Made by a program: the position numbers and the translations under genes
From: an uncultured Planctomycetia bacterium
GTDB taxonomy: Bacteria > Omnitrophota > Gorgyraeia > Duberdicusellales > 4484-171
Assembly: GCA_964635565.1 (NCBI GenBank)
Contig: CAZWON010000003.1
Coordinates: forward strand, 5,345-69,344
DNA length: 64,000 nucleotides
Direction: 5' to 3'
The notes under the pieces: model-generated
What the model was told of the DNA's origin: nothing
The model's database searches: none
The model's input: only the letters and a program-made list of their open reading frames with translations
Shown here: one piece after another, positions 1-9,607 of the stretch
Position numbering within the stretch: position 1 is the first letter of the stretch
How the letters are laid out: the number at the start of each line of letters is the position of its first letter

Positions 1-792
1 CGCAGCATCAGAAATAGGGGTTAAGGTATATGCGGATTTGCTTAAGAGCTCTCCTAAAACTCCTGTGGTTACAAAAACAACTAAAAAATAAAGGACGCTC
101 ACTACAAGAAGGGAAAAAATCATTCCTAAAGGAACAACCCTGGCTGGCTCTTTTGTCTCCTCCGCTATACTGGCTACTTTAAGGAGACCGCCATAAGAAA
201 CAAAAACAAAACCTGCTGTAGAAAATACTGATTTCCACTCTCCTCTGATAAAAGGCTCAAAATTACTTACTTTAACAAAAGGAAGTCCTCTAACAATATA
301 AAATATAAGAACAGAAATAAGCGCAAAAACCATAAATACCTGCAACCTTCCTGCTTCTTTTATACCTATAATATTGATAAAAACAAAAAGTATAGTAAAA
401 ACAAAAGCAATAATATTAATATTAATATTAACCAGCAAAACTGTAAAAGCAGCCATTCCCACAAGAGCAAAAACACTCTTCAAAGACAGAGAAAACCAAG
501 TAATAAGACCATCTATTGTCCCCATAGCAGGACCCATACTGCGTACAACATAAAAGTATGTTCCTCCTGCTTTGGGCATTGCAGAAACTAACTCTGCCTG
601 GCTTAACATTCCTGTAACAGCTAACAAACCAGCAAGAAAATAAGAAACTACCACTGCGGGACCGCATTGAGCATAGGCTAAACCAGGAAGGATAAATAGC
701 CCTGAACTTATCATTGCCCCTGAAGCTACAGAGAAAATATCTATGAAAGTGAGCTCTTTTTTTAATTTAAAAAAGTCTTTTTTCAAAACCAT
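1..792 (-). CDS. APC-family amino acid permease (3' end beyond window edge)
   Basis: Not in the ORF track. Manual translation from ATG at 792 gives MVLKKDFFKLKKELTFIDIFSVASGAMISSGLFILPGLAYAQCGPAVVVSYFLAG...AELVSAMPKAGGTYFYV. GAMISSGLF and ELxSAMPxAGG are APC motifs. Confidence 0.88.
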   Translation of the reverse strand, partial: MVLKKDFFKLKKELTFIDIFSVASGAMISSGLFILPGLAYAQCGPAVVVSYFLAGLLAVTGMLSQAELVSAMPKAGGTYFYVVRSMGPAMGTIDGLITWFSLSLKSVFALVGMAAFTVLLVNININIIAFVFTILFVFINIIGIKEAGRLQVFMVFALISVLIFYIVRGLPFVKVSNFEPFIRGEWKSVFSTAGFVFVSYGGLLKVASIAEETKEPARVVPLGMIFSLLVVSVLYFLVVFVTTGVLGELLSKSAYTLTPISDAA

Positions 793-793
793 C

Positions 794-2167
794 TTATTCT
801 TTAAAAAGGAGGCTGAATTTTTCTGCAAGTCTTTCCAACCCCATTGCCCGCGAACCTTTAATAAGTAAAAAAGAGCGACGCCTTAACACACTAATAAGAA
901 ATTTTACAGCCTCGTCAATGGTTTTACAATAGGCAATTTTAAAACCAGCTCCTCCTTCTTCTGCACCGCGCCCAATATAATAAGCATTATTACCTACACA
1001 GACTAACGCCTTAAAGTTAAATCTACTAACAAACCTACCTATCTCATAATGAAAACGCACAGAATCTTTACCTAGCTCAGACATATCCCCTAAAATAGCT
1101 ATCTTATTTTTACTCTTTATCACTCCAAAAGAAATTAAAGCCTCCTTTACCGAAACAGGGTTGGCATTAAAACAGTCGTTAATTATACATATATCTTTTA
1201 TTCTGATGACCTCTGAACGTAGAGGAAGAAATTTAAAGTTCTTAAAAAGCTCTGCGCTCTTTTTTAAAGATAGACCAAAAATCCCTACACTTACTCCTAT
1301 CGCTGCTATGGCATTATAAATATTCTTATAAAAAACTGTAGGCAAAACGAACCGCACTCCTTCTACATCAAAATAAAAATGGTTCCTCTTAAATTCAATA
1401 TTCTTTGCTCTAAAATCAGCCTTTTTCTTTACTCCAAAAGTTATTATACATTTTGTTGCTGATGATTTCTTTAACTTAAAGAAATACTCGTCGTCTTTAT
1501 TTATAACAGAAATACCTTCTGAAGGAAGCGATTTAAGCAATTCCGCTTTTTCTCTGAAAACACCATAAACTGTTCTTAAACTCTCTAAGTGAGTAGGACC
1601 GATATTAGTAACCACCCCCACTATAGGTTTAACTATCTTAGATAACCGTTTTATTCCTCCTATTATATTTGTTTCCATTTCCTGAATAAGTATCTGTGTA
1701 TCCTCTTTTATCTTAAATATTGTAAGAGGAACCCCTACAAAATTATTGAAACTCGCAAAAGATGCAATAACTCTAAATTTATGTGATAAAAGATAACATA
1801 TCATCTCTTTGGTAGTAGTTTTCCCATTAGACCCTGTTACTCCTACTACTTTCACATTATATTTAGAACGATAATAAGAAGCGATATCCCCCAAAGCCTT
1901 AAGAGTATCTTTTACTTTTATAACAGAAATTTCTTCTTTTAAAGCAGGTATCCTTTTAGACACCAAAGCTGCTTGCGCTCCCCTTTTAAGTGCTTCTTTA
2001 ACAAAGCTGTGACCATCAAATCTTCTCCCTTCTAAAGCAATAAATAAATCTCCCTTTTTTGTAGTACGAGAGTCTATAGATATACCCTTAATGATTTTAT
2101 TTCCTAATGATGACTGAGGTAAAGGAACAGAAAGAGCTTTTGATATTTCTCTAAATGTAAGTTTCAT
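794..2167 (-). CDS. murF: UDP-MurNAc-tripeptide--D-Ala-D-Ala ligase
   Basis: GISIDSR, GVTGSNGKTTTKEM P-loop, NNFVGVP, INDCFNANP, LGDMSELG, KGSRAMGLE. Confidence 0.95.
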   Translation of the reverse strand: MKLTFREISKALSVPLPQSSLGNKIIKGISIDSRTTKKGDLFIALEGRRFDGHSFVKEALKRGAQAALVSKRIPALKEEISVIKVKDTLKALGDIASYYRSKYNVKVVGVTGSNGKTTTKEMICYLLSHKFRVIASFASFNNFVGVPLTIFKIKEDTQILIQEMETNIIGGIKRLSKIVKPIVGVVTNIGPTHLESLRTVYGVFREKAELLKSLPSEGISVINKDDEYFFKLKKSSATKCIITFGVKKKADFRAKNIEFKRNHFYFDVEGVRFVLPTVFYKNIYNAIAAIGVSVGIFGLSLKKSAELFKNFKFLPLRSEVIRIKDICIINDCFNANPVSVKEALISFGVIKSKNKIAILGDMSELGKDSVRFHYEIGRFVSRFNFKALVCVGNNAYYIGRGAEEGGAGFKIAYCKTIDEAVKFLISVLRRRSFLLIKGSRAMGLERLAEKFSLLFKE

Positions 2168-2174
2168 ACAGCTT

Positions 2175-3200
2175 TTAAATAATCAACATTGCATCACCAA
2201 AACTATAAAATCGGAATTTCCTTTTGATAGCATAATTATAGGCTTCTTTGATAAGCTCACCTCCTGCAAAAGCAGACACTAGAACAAGATTGGTTGATAA
2301 AGGAAGATGAAAATTAGTAAGAAGGCTATCGATAATCTTAAACTTGTATTGGGGATGGATAAAAAGAGAGGTTTTTTTTCTACCTGCCTTAATATAAAAA
2401 CCACTCTTCTTTTTCTCTACAGAACTTTCCAATGCACGGACAGCAGTAGTACCCACAGCAATAACTCTCTTTTTCTCCTTTTTTGCCCTGTTAATTATAT
2501 CAGCACACTTAGAAGAGATAAAGAACTCTTCCTCTTCCATTCTATGGTCTTCTATATTTTCTGTCCTAATAGGACGGAAAGTTCCTATTCCTACATGGAG
2601 AGTGAGATAAACAACAGTTATTCCTTTTTCTTTTAATTTAGCAAGAATATCTTTGGTAAAATGGAATCCTGCAGTAGGGGCTGCTATTGAACCTTCTTTT
2701 TCAGCATAAACAGTTTGATAACGGCTATTATCCTTTAATTTTGTTTTAATATATGGAGGAGTAGGCATTTCTCCATAAAGGTTAAGGATAGATTTAACAT
2801 CGAGGAAGGGTGTTTTAACCAACCATCTTCCTCCTCTAATTCTCTTTACTGCTTTAAACTCCACGTTATCGGATAAAATAACTTTTGTATCTTCCTTCAA
2901 TCTTTTCTGGGGCTTAACCAAAACTTCCCATAATCCTTTTCTATATTCTTTAATAAATAAAAACTCAATTCTTGCTCCACTTTCCTTTCTACCGTATATC
3001 TTTGCAGGTAAAACTTTTGTATCGTTTAAGACCAAACAATCAGAGGGCAAGAGTAAATCAACAATATCCTTAAAAACAAATTCCTTTAATTTTCTTTCCT
3101 TTCTTTGAACCACTAAAAGACGCGAAAACTCCCTTTTCTCTAAAGGTTCTTGAGCAATATACTGGTGTGGTAGATAGTAGTTAAACTCAGCCGACTTCAT
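2175..3200 (-). CDS. queA: S-adenosylmethionine:tRNA ribosyltransferase-isomerase
   Basis: LVLNDTKV, PPYI, YQTVYA, GSIAAPTAGFHF, LHVGIGTF, TNFHLP, RFYSFGDAM. Start moved to ATG at 3200 (MKSAEFNYYLP). Confidence 0.96.
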   Translation of the reverse strand: MKSAEFNYYLPHQYIAQEPLEKREFSRLLVVQRKERKLKEFVFKDIVDLLLPSDCLVLNDTKVLPAKIYGRKESGARIEFLFIKEYRKGLWEVLVKPQKRLKEDTKVILSDNVEFKAVKRIRGGRWLVKTPFLDVKSILNLYGEMPTPPYIKTKLKDNSRYQTVYAEKEGSIAAPTAGFHFTKDILAKLKEKGITVVYLTLHVGIGTFRPIRTENIEDHRMEEEEFFISSKCADIINRAKKEKKRVIAVGTTAVRALESSVEKKKSGFYIKAGRKKTSLFIHPQYKFKIIDSLLTNFHLPLSTNLVLVSAFAGGELIKEAYNYAIKRKFRFYSFGDAMLII

Positions 3201-3210
3201 AGATAAGTTG

Positions 3211-4116
3211 TTATTCAATATCTTTCCCTGCAAGAAGACGCAGTGCTTCTCGATATTTCTCCTCTGTTTTTGCTACTATCTCTGGGGGAAGAGGTGGGGC
3301 AGGAGGGCTTTTGTCCCAATTAATATTCTCCAAGTAATCACGGACAAACTGTTTGTCAAAACTAATCTGTGGTCCCCCTGGCTTATATTTTTTCTTGGAC
3401 CAAAAACGAGAGGAATCAGGTGTTAATACCTCATCAATAAGTGTAAGTTGGTTATTAATGAGCCCAAATTCAAACTTAGTATCTGCTATAACAATTCCTC
3501 TTATAAATGCATAAATCCTTGCTCCCTTATATAACTGAATACTTATCTCTCTCATCTTCTGAACCAGAGTATTTCCCAGAAGCTGTTGGGCATTCTGGAA
3601 ATTAATATTCTCATCATGGCCATGTTCTGCTTTGCGTGCAGGAGTAAAGATTGGCTCAGAGAGCTTATCTGCCTCTCTTAACCCTTCAGGAAGCTTAATC
3701 CCGCATATCTCCCCTCTTTCCTTATATTCCCGCCAGGCAGAACCTGCTAAATAACCACGCACCACACACTCTAAAGGTATGGGCCGTGCTTTTCTTACTA
3801 TCATAGAACGACCTTTTAGTATATCAGCATATTTGGATAATTGCGGATACTTAGAAATATCAGAAGTAACAAAGTGATTAGGAGTAATCACACGAGAAAA
3901 ATTAAACCACAAACAGGATAGTTGGGTTAATACCTTTCCTTTGTTAGGAATACCTGTGGGTAGAACAACATCGAAGCAGGAAATTCTATCTGTAGCAACA
4001 ATAAGAAAATGTTTATCGTCAAGTTCATATATATCACGTACTTTACCCCGTTTAAAAAGCTTTAAATCTTTAAAATCAGTTGTAGAAACAATTTTTTCTG
4101 CCATGCTAAAACCCAT
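3211..4116 (-). CDS. purC: SAICAR synthetase
   Basis: GKVRDIY, TDRISCFD, ECVVRGYLAGS, ADTKFEFG, DEVLTPDSSRFW, DKQFVRD. True start may be 4104. Confidence 0.96.
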   Translation of the reverse strand: MGFSMAEKIVSTTDFKDLKLFKRGKVRDIYELDDKHFLIVATDRISCFDVVLPTGIPNKGKVLTQLSCLWFNFSRVITPNHFVTSDISKYPQLSKYADILKGRSMIVRKARPIPLECVVRGYLAGSAWREYKERGEICGIKLPEGLREADKLSEPIFTPARKAEHGHDENINFQNAQQLLGNTLVQKMREISIQLYKGARIYAFIRGIVIADTKFEFGLINNQLTLIDEVLTPDSSRFWSKKKYKPGGPQISFDKQFVRDYLENINWDKSPPAPPLPPEIVAKTEEKYREALRLLAGKDIE

Positions 4117-4657
4117 CTTAAATCCTTTTCAAAAAATAAACCAATATATTCATCGTTTTCCTCTTAAGAAGAAAAAATTTTTTGTGCCTTATGCATATTA
4201 AGAAGTATTAAAATTATCTTATCTTTTTCTTTATATATTATATTTTAGCGAAATTTTTAAGATACGCAAGACAAAGTAACCGAAACAAAGAAAAGTAAAG
4301 ACACATGGTATACAGATAAAACCTTTTCTTTGATAAGGAGCTATTTAAAAGGTTAAAAAGGAGCGCACTAAAAATCAAAGTTACTTCTAAAAAGCCCAAA
4401 ACAAAGAATACTCCTTTTCCTGAAAATCGGACTTTGTCCGAAAAATTAAGAAAGATAAACAAAGTAAATAAAGAAAGTTAAATTTTAAAGGGAATTATTC
4501 AGTTTATCAGCCTTCTAATATAATAAATACACACTCTCTTTTTACCACCAACCCAAAAAAGAAATGGCAAAGATTTAAAGAATTTATAAAAAACAATACT
4601 TTCATAACACCCCAACCTCTTTCTTCCTGGAAAGATTATAGTAAATAATATCCTCTT

Positions 4658-5115
4658 TTGAAAAATCTGACCAAAAAGAAAGCTGGGGCTATGACTTATT
4701 ATACCATCTATTCAGGAATGATGAACTTTTTTGATTGCCGGCTTAAAATGATGCAGTTTGCTGATGAAGACTATATATTATCCTTAAGGGATAAACATCC
4801 ATCCTGGAGAGTGAATGTGAAAGTTTCAATAGTCAAGATGATTTCTTTGTTAAAGTCTATTCCTACCTTTTATTCTTTAACTATGAAAGAGAAAATACCA
4901 ATAAAGATAATAAATCCCCTTATCAGTTACTCAAAGAAAAAGAACCTCATTTAAATGATAAAATCTTGAATTTACCACCAATGAGGTTAGAATGGTTAGT
5001 TGAAGAAATGAAAGAGAGTAACGATTATAAAAGTGTATACCATCTACTTTTACTGTCCAAAGTAATCGAAACAAACTTGCCAGTATTAGAATATTCTCAT
5101 TCCTCCATCATCTAA
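4658..5115 (+). pseudogene. Degenerate DDE/integrase-core transposase remnant
   Basis: Stop-free frame 4795-5115 has no start codon near its 5' end and reads ...ESFNSQDDFFVKVYSYLLFFNYERENTNKDNKSPYQLLKEK...ILNLPP..., resembling the (Y/F)NxxRxxxxxxxx(T/S)P C-terminus of rve-type transposases. Upstream frames are broken by stops and frameshifts. Confidence 0.45.
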
Positions 5116-7094
5116 TATATCTTTTCTATCTTTATATTTTTGTAGTAGTGTCTAAGAATATCTTTATAGCTATAGCCCTCTTCTGCCATCTGTATTGCTC
5201 CTTCTTGACACATTCCCACGCCATGACCAAAACCTCCCCCCCATATTAAAACAAGTTTAGGGAGTCGGTTTTTTTCTTCATTTGTATATTTTATTTCTAT
5301 AATGAAAGTACTGCTTCTTAGATTATCCCAGAAATTTCTTATATCTAAATCGCCCCTTAAGTCAATCACTTTATTACCTAAAACTATCTTCATCGCATCT
5401 ATATGACCACAATCTCCTCGTTTAACTATCTTGATATCTTTAATACTCTTAAGAGAAAAACCAAAAACCATTACAAAATCTTCCTCATCATAAATTCTTT
5501 GCCAGCGAAAATTGCTTTTGCGTTTCGTATAAGAACAAAAAGTTAAAGGATAAGATTTAAGCCAATTTTCTAAATTTTCCTTTAAAAAATAAGAAGTTCT
5601 CTTTTTTTCTAAGTCGTATTTGTTTTGGAGATACTGTTTCTTCCCAAATAAATCACTCCTTAAACATCCTCCACAATTAGAATGATAAAATGCTTCAATA
5701 GGTTTATCACCACAAAACATAACCTCTCCATATGTCTGGTTAACAGCTCTGATAGTCTCTTTTCTCTCACTACTCATCCCGCAATAAACCTGACAATGGA
5801 CAGTGCGACAAAAATCAAATCTTTTGTGTCTATACCCTTTACCCATATGTTTAACAATAAGCGTGCGTGCTGCTACTGCCTGGGCTTTTAATGCCTCTAA
5901 AGGAGCATAAGAATATATTTCGCTGGGTAAAATTCCATAAAGATACTCTTCTATATTTATCACATTAATAACAGTTAAAGTGTGGTGGTGACCAATAATC
6001 TCTAAACTACCTCTTAAAGATAAATCTCTGGTAGCTTCCCAGAAATTACCCTTCCCATAAATAGCCCCGAGAATATAAAAGGGATGATTCGTTGTCTTTA
6101 AATAGAGGGGCAATTTTATTTTTGTGATTATTTTATTATCCTCGTAGGTTTTAAGATAAGCCTCCCCCTTTTCTATCGTGATGGTATATAAAGTATCTTC
6201 TTTAAGAAGAAGATGATATTCGTTATCTTCTAAGATAATATTTCCTGAAGATTTAAAACTAACTGAATTCACTCCTTCCAAAATACCTATCCTGACCAAG
6301 GGAATATTATCCCCTAATGACTTGTAGGAAGTTAGTTTTATCTCTTTTCTCTTCTTTAAGAGTTGTTTCTTTTTTTGTAAAAAATACTCTTTACCGAGCA
6401 ATTTCTTAATATAAACTATATCTTGAGCAATCATCTTACTATGGGGATAGAAATTCTGTGCTTTAAGAAAATATCTATACGCAAAGGGAAAGTTTTTTTT
6501 CTTTAAATAGCACTTACCTAAATAATAATTGGCCAATCTTACACTGGGATCGTATTCTATCAGTCTACTAAAATACTTAATTGCCAAAGAATAATTCTTT
6601 CTCCGATAGAACATCTTTCCTAGCCTATACAATGCTATTGAATTATCTTCTAATTTTAAGGATCTCCGATAGTATTTAACTGCAGAAAAGAAATCTTTTA
6701 AATCCTCGTATATCAATCCTAAATAAATATAAACAAATACAGTAGGATGTTTATAAACTAAAGGTTTTAAAAGAGAAAGGGCCTTTTTACTTTCTCCTGT
6801 AAGATAATAAAGTTGAGATAATAAAAACTTCGTTTTATTATTCGTTTTTTTATCTGAGGATGAATTTAGTAATTTAATAGCTTCCTTATATTTCCTTTCC
6901 TCTTTATAATCAAATATCTTTTTTAGGTAAGTACCATCTTTATAGTCAATTTTTCTAAGATAATTCTCAATAATATCGGAGGAAAGATTATCCTTGTAGG
7001 TTTTAGAAAAAACCATCGAGAAAATAGAAGAGAATATAATAGAAAATAAAAAGAGTCTCCTGGGAATAATATTCTTATTCACGCATCTGGCCAT
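5112..7094 (-). CDS. TPR-repeat + SpoIID/LytB lytic transglycosylase
   Basis: N-terminal hydrophobic segment, several TPRs, then EEYLYGILPSE, ALKAQAVAAR, CQVY, FYHSNCGG, GFGHGVGMCQEGA, ILRHYY. Confidence 0.9.
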   Translation of the reverse strand: MARCVNKNIIPRRLFLFSIIFSSIFSMVFSKTYKDNLSSDIIENYLRKIDYKDGTYLKKIFDYKEERKYKEAIKLLNSSSDKKTNNKTKFLLSQLYYLTGESKKALSLLKPLVYKHPTVFVYIYLGLIYEDLKDFFSAVKYYRRSLKLEDNSIALYRLGKMFYRRKNYSLAIKYFSRLIEYDPSVRLANYYLGKCYLKKKNFPFAYRYFLKAQNFYPHSKMIAQDIVYIKKLLGKEYFLQKKKQLLKKRKEIKLTSYKSLGDNIPLVRIGILEGVNSVSFKSSGNIILEDNEYHLLLKEDTLYTITIEKGEAYLKTYEDNKIITKIKLPLYLKTTNHPFYILGAIYGKGNFWEATRDLSLRGSLEIIGHHHTLTVINVINIEEYLYGILPSEIYSYAPLEALKAQAVAARTLIVKHMGKGYRHKRFDFCRTVHCQVYCGMSSERKETIRAVNQTYGEVMFCGDKPIEAFYHSNCGGCLRSDLFGKKQYLQNKYDLEKKRTSYFLKENLENWLKSYPLTFCSYTKRKSNFRWQRIYDEEDFVMVFGFSLKSIKDIKIVKRGDCGHIDAMKIVLGNKVIDLRGDLDIRNFWDNLRSSTFIIEIKYTNEEKNRLPKLVLIWGGGFGHGVGMCQEGAIQMAEEGYSYKDILRHYYKNIKIEKIY

Positions 7095-7542
7095 CAGGAG
7101 GGCTTAAACTAATAATCTCTTTAGGTTCCACTCTAATTACATACTTGGGATGAGACATCCTAATCTCAGGATGATACAAAGAAGATTTATCTTTTTTAAT
7201 ATGAATCAGAATTCTTCTTAAGACCCTCTCTAACAATCTCTCATCCCACCTCTTTAATAAACTGCTTCTATCAGAGGATAAATCCACTATTGTCGCTTTT
7301 CCCTTTACGCAGTATCCCATAAATTTTTCCTCATCTACTGCAGTAATACTTACTAAATTATTCTTCTTAATATTAACATAGGTATTATGGGTGTATAAAT
7401 CAAGTAAATAAATTTTATCTTCTTCAACATCCAGTATTCCTTTACAAGAAGTATGAGGGAAACCATTATTATCTACTGTTGCAATAATTACAAAGCGTTG
7501 ACGGTTAAAAAAGTCTATAATATCTTTTCCTAGTTTCTTCAT
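7075..7542 (-). CDS. Pyridoxamine 5'-phosphate oxidase-like FMN-binding protein
   Basis: IIATVDNNGFPH, TYVNIKKNNLVSI, GYCVKGKA split-barrel pattern. Confidence 0.75.
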   Translation of the reverse strand: MKKLGKDIIDFFNRQRFVIIATVDNNGFPHTSCKGILDVEEDKIYLLDLYTHNTYVNIKKNNLVSITAVDEEKFMGYCVKGKATIVDLSSDRSSLLKRWDERLLERVLRRILIHIKKDKSSLYHPEIRMSHPKYVIRVEPKEIISLSPPDGQMRE

Positions 7543-7575
7543 TTATCTGGAGAAATAATATATTCTCTCTTGTTC

Positions 7576-7830
7576 CTATTCCTTTACAAGAAATACTCTA
7601 TCATTAGGATGAACTTTGTTAATTATTTTTATTCCTACTAAATCACCTTTTTTAGCTTTCTCAACGGATTTATGTTCTATCTGCATAGATTCAACAATTT
7701 GGGTAAAATCGTCATGTACTCCTTTAATATGGATAGTATCGCCGACTTTTAGCTCATCTTTCAGCTGGACTATTCCTACAGAAATTTTGCCAAAGTAATG
7801 TGTTACAATTCCTATTTCTTTTTCTTCCAT
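7576..7830 (-). CDS. Small translation-factor-like beta-barrel protein (EF domain II / U32 C-terminal-like)
   Basis: IGIVTHYFGKISV...LKVGDTIHIKG...FTQIVESMQIEH...AKKGDLVGIK. SD GGAGGTGG upstream. Confidence 0.75.
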   Translation of the reverse strand: MEEKEIGIVTHYFGKISVGIVQLKDELKVGDTIHIKGVHDDFTQIVESMQIEHKSVEKAKKGDLVGIKIINKVHPNDRVFLVKE

Positions 7831-7942
7831 TATCCACCTCCCTTTTAATTACTCTCACTAACCCACCTTTACCTGCAAATATAAAATCAAATGCTAAATA
7901 AAATACACCGCCTCTATAAAAGGTAAACTCAACAAAAATAAC

Positions 7943-8770
7943 TTAAGAATTGAAAAAACCAATTTTTTCTTTTCCTATCACAGGAATCTTAAGGGCGTAA
8001 GCATATTTTAAAAAGTTTTTCTTGTCTAGAATAATCACTCTGTTTTTCTCCAATACAAGAGCAGAAGCTTTTATTTTATTAAGAATCTTTAAAGTACTCA
8101 TTCCTACAATAGGAACATCAAATCTGAAATCCTGGTCTTTTTTACTAAACTTTAATACCACACAATCTTTTCCTGCAACTCTATATCCGCGAATAATAGT
8201 ATTATCTGTACCCTCAAGAGCCTCTAAAGCTATCACACTTTTATTTTTTATAATTATAGTTTGCCCTACATCCAGCTCCACATATCTTGAGATAAGCTCA
8301 AGTCCAAAATTTATATCCTTCCATGTTTCTTTAGCAGGCTCAATGGCACTCATTAACCCTCCGTTAGCTAAGTGTTCTTTCATATAAAGAGTAGAATCCA
8401 GAAACTCTACACCCATAATTTCTAAGGTACGAATAACTCGTGAAAATACTGTGTGGGGACGAAAATCTTTTATGTCATCAACGAGTCTTACCATACTATC
8501 ATCCCAATATTTTCTTTCAAATATTCTCTTAGGACTTATCTGGCCTACCATTACCATCTGCTTAATCTCTTCTCTATGAATTATTTCTACTAACTTCTTC
8601 AATTCACCTACATGTAACCAAAAAACTTTATCAACATAACGAGCTATTAAACGAGAAGTCTCCCCATAAAAACAAAAAGCTATTAACTCAATATCCTTAA
8701 TTTTCTCTTTTGCTGACTGAGAGAAAATAAGAGGAAAAAATTTGCTCCCTGCAATAATTCCTATTTTCAT
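7943..8770 (-). CDS. lpxI: UDP-2,3-diacylglucosamine pyrophosphatase LpxI
   Basis: IGIIAG..FP, LDVGQT, ALEALEGTD, QDFRFDVPIVG; directly follows lpxA. Confidence 0.88.
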   Translation of the reverse strand: MKIGIIAGSKFFPLIFSQSAKEKIKDIELIAFCFYGETSRLIARYVDKVFWLHVGELKKLVEIIHREEIKQMVMVGQISPKRIFERKYWDDSMVRLVDDIKDFRPHTVFSRVIRTLEIMGVEFLDSTLYMKEHLANGGLMSAIEPAKETWKDINFGLELISRYVELDVGQTIIIKNKSVIALEALEGTDNTIIRGYRVAGKDCVVLKFSKKDQDFRFDVPIVGMSTLKILNKIKASALVLEKNRVIILDKKNFLKYAYALKIPVIGKEKIGFFNS

Positions 8771-9540
8771 CGGGAAATTCCTCTTTTAGAGGCAGAAATA
8801 AAAGATATTAAATATTCTAACTCTGAAAATGAGGGTAATGTTTTATTAATTATATCTTTGGCGTAATCAAAAGAGTGCCCTTCAAAAAATAATATTTTAA
8901 ATGCCTTGCGAAGAACTACTATTTTATCTTTTGAAAATTTTGCTCTCTTTAAGCCTATAAGATTCAACCCCTTGACGCTTGCAGGGTGACCATCACATAA
9001 AGAAAAAGGAGGGATATCTTGAACAACCTTAGAACACCCTCCAACAATGGCAAAGTCGCCAACTCGACAAAACTGATGAATCGCCACCACACCCCCAATT
9101 ACCACACGGTTACCTATTGTTACATGTCCTGCTAAAGTGGCTAAGTTTGCCAAAACATTATTATCGCCTATAACACAATTATGAGCGATATGAGAATAAG
9201 CCATAATAAGGTTGCTGCTACCTATGAGCGTCTTAGAGCCTTCTTCCGTGCCAGGATTAATTGTAACAAATTCTCTTATAATATTCTTCTCGCCAATAAT
9301 AAGAAAACTCTTTTTGCCTTTGTATTTTAAATCTTGAGGAGAACTTCCTACTACTGCGTGCGAAAATATTCTACATTCCTTCCCAATCTCAGTATAGCCG
9401 GAAATATGCGTAAATGCTCCAATTTCTGTAAACTTACCTATCTTTACATAAGGTCCAATAACAGCATAAGGGCCTACAGAAACGCCTTTATCAAGTTCGG
9501 CATGGGGGTTAACTAAAGCCTGAGGATGGATATTGCTCAT
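8767..9540 (-). CDS. lpxA: UDP-GlcNAc O-acyltransferase
   Basis: Hexapeptide repeats, PQDLKYKG, IREFVTI, HIAHNC, LAGHV, HQFCRVG. Confidence 0.96.
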   Translation of the reverse strand: MSNIHPQALVNPHAELDKGVSVGPYAVIGPYVKIGKFTEIGAFTHISGYTEIGKECRIFSHAVVGSSPQDLKYKGKKSFLIIGEKNIIREFVTINPGTEEGSKTLIGSSNLIMAYSHIAHNCVIGDNNVLANLATLAGHVTIGNRVVIGGVVAIHQFCRVGDFAIVGGCSKVVQDIPPFSLCDGHPASVKGLNLIGLKRAKFSKDKIVVLRKAFKILFFEGHSFDYAKDIINKTLPSFSELEYLISFISASKRGISR

Positions 9541-9549
9541 AACACTCTT

Positions 9550-9577
9550 ATTATATCAAAAAAATAAGGAGGGACAA
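9550..9577 (-). promoter_or_regulatory. Putative sigma70 promoter for lpxA
   Basis: Minus strand TTGTCC-16 nt-TATAAT with extended -10 (TGA TATAAT); the -10 ends 9 nt before the ATG. Confidence 0.5.
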
Positions 9578-9607
9578 TAAAAATCAAATCCTGATAAAAT
9601 AAAAAGG

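Noticed and set aside
428-667. 79-aa minus-strand ORF
   Set aside because: Alternative frame inside the APC permease gene (1-792)
4238-4462. 74-aa hydrophobic minus-strand ORF
   Set aside because: F/L-rich composition is what the antisense of A-rich decayed plus-strand coding DNA would give; no SD or motif
4658-4954. 98-aa plus-strand ORF as an intact gene
   Set aside because: Overlaps a more protein-like frame (4795-5115); treated as a pseudogene fragment
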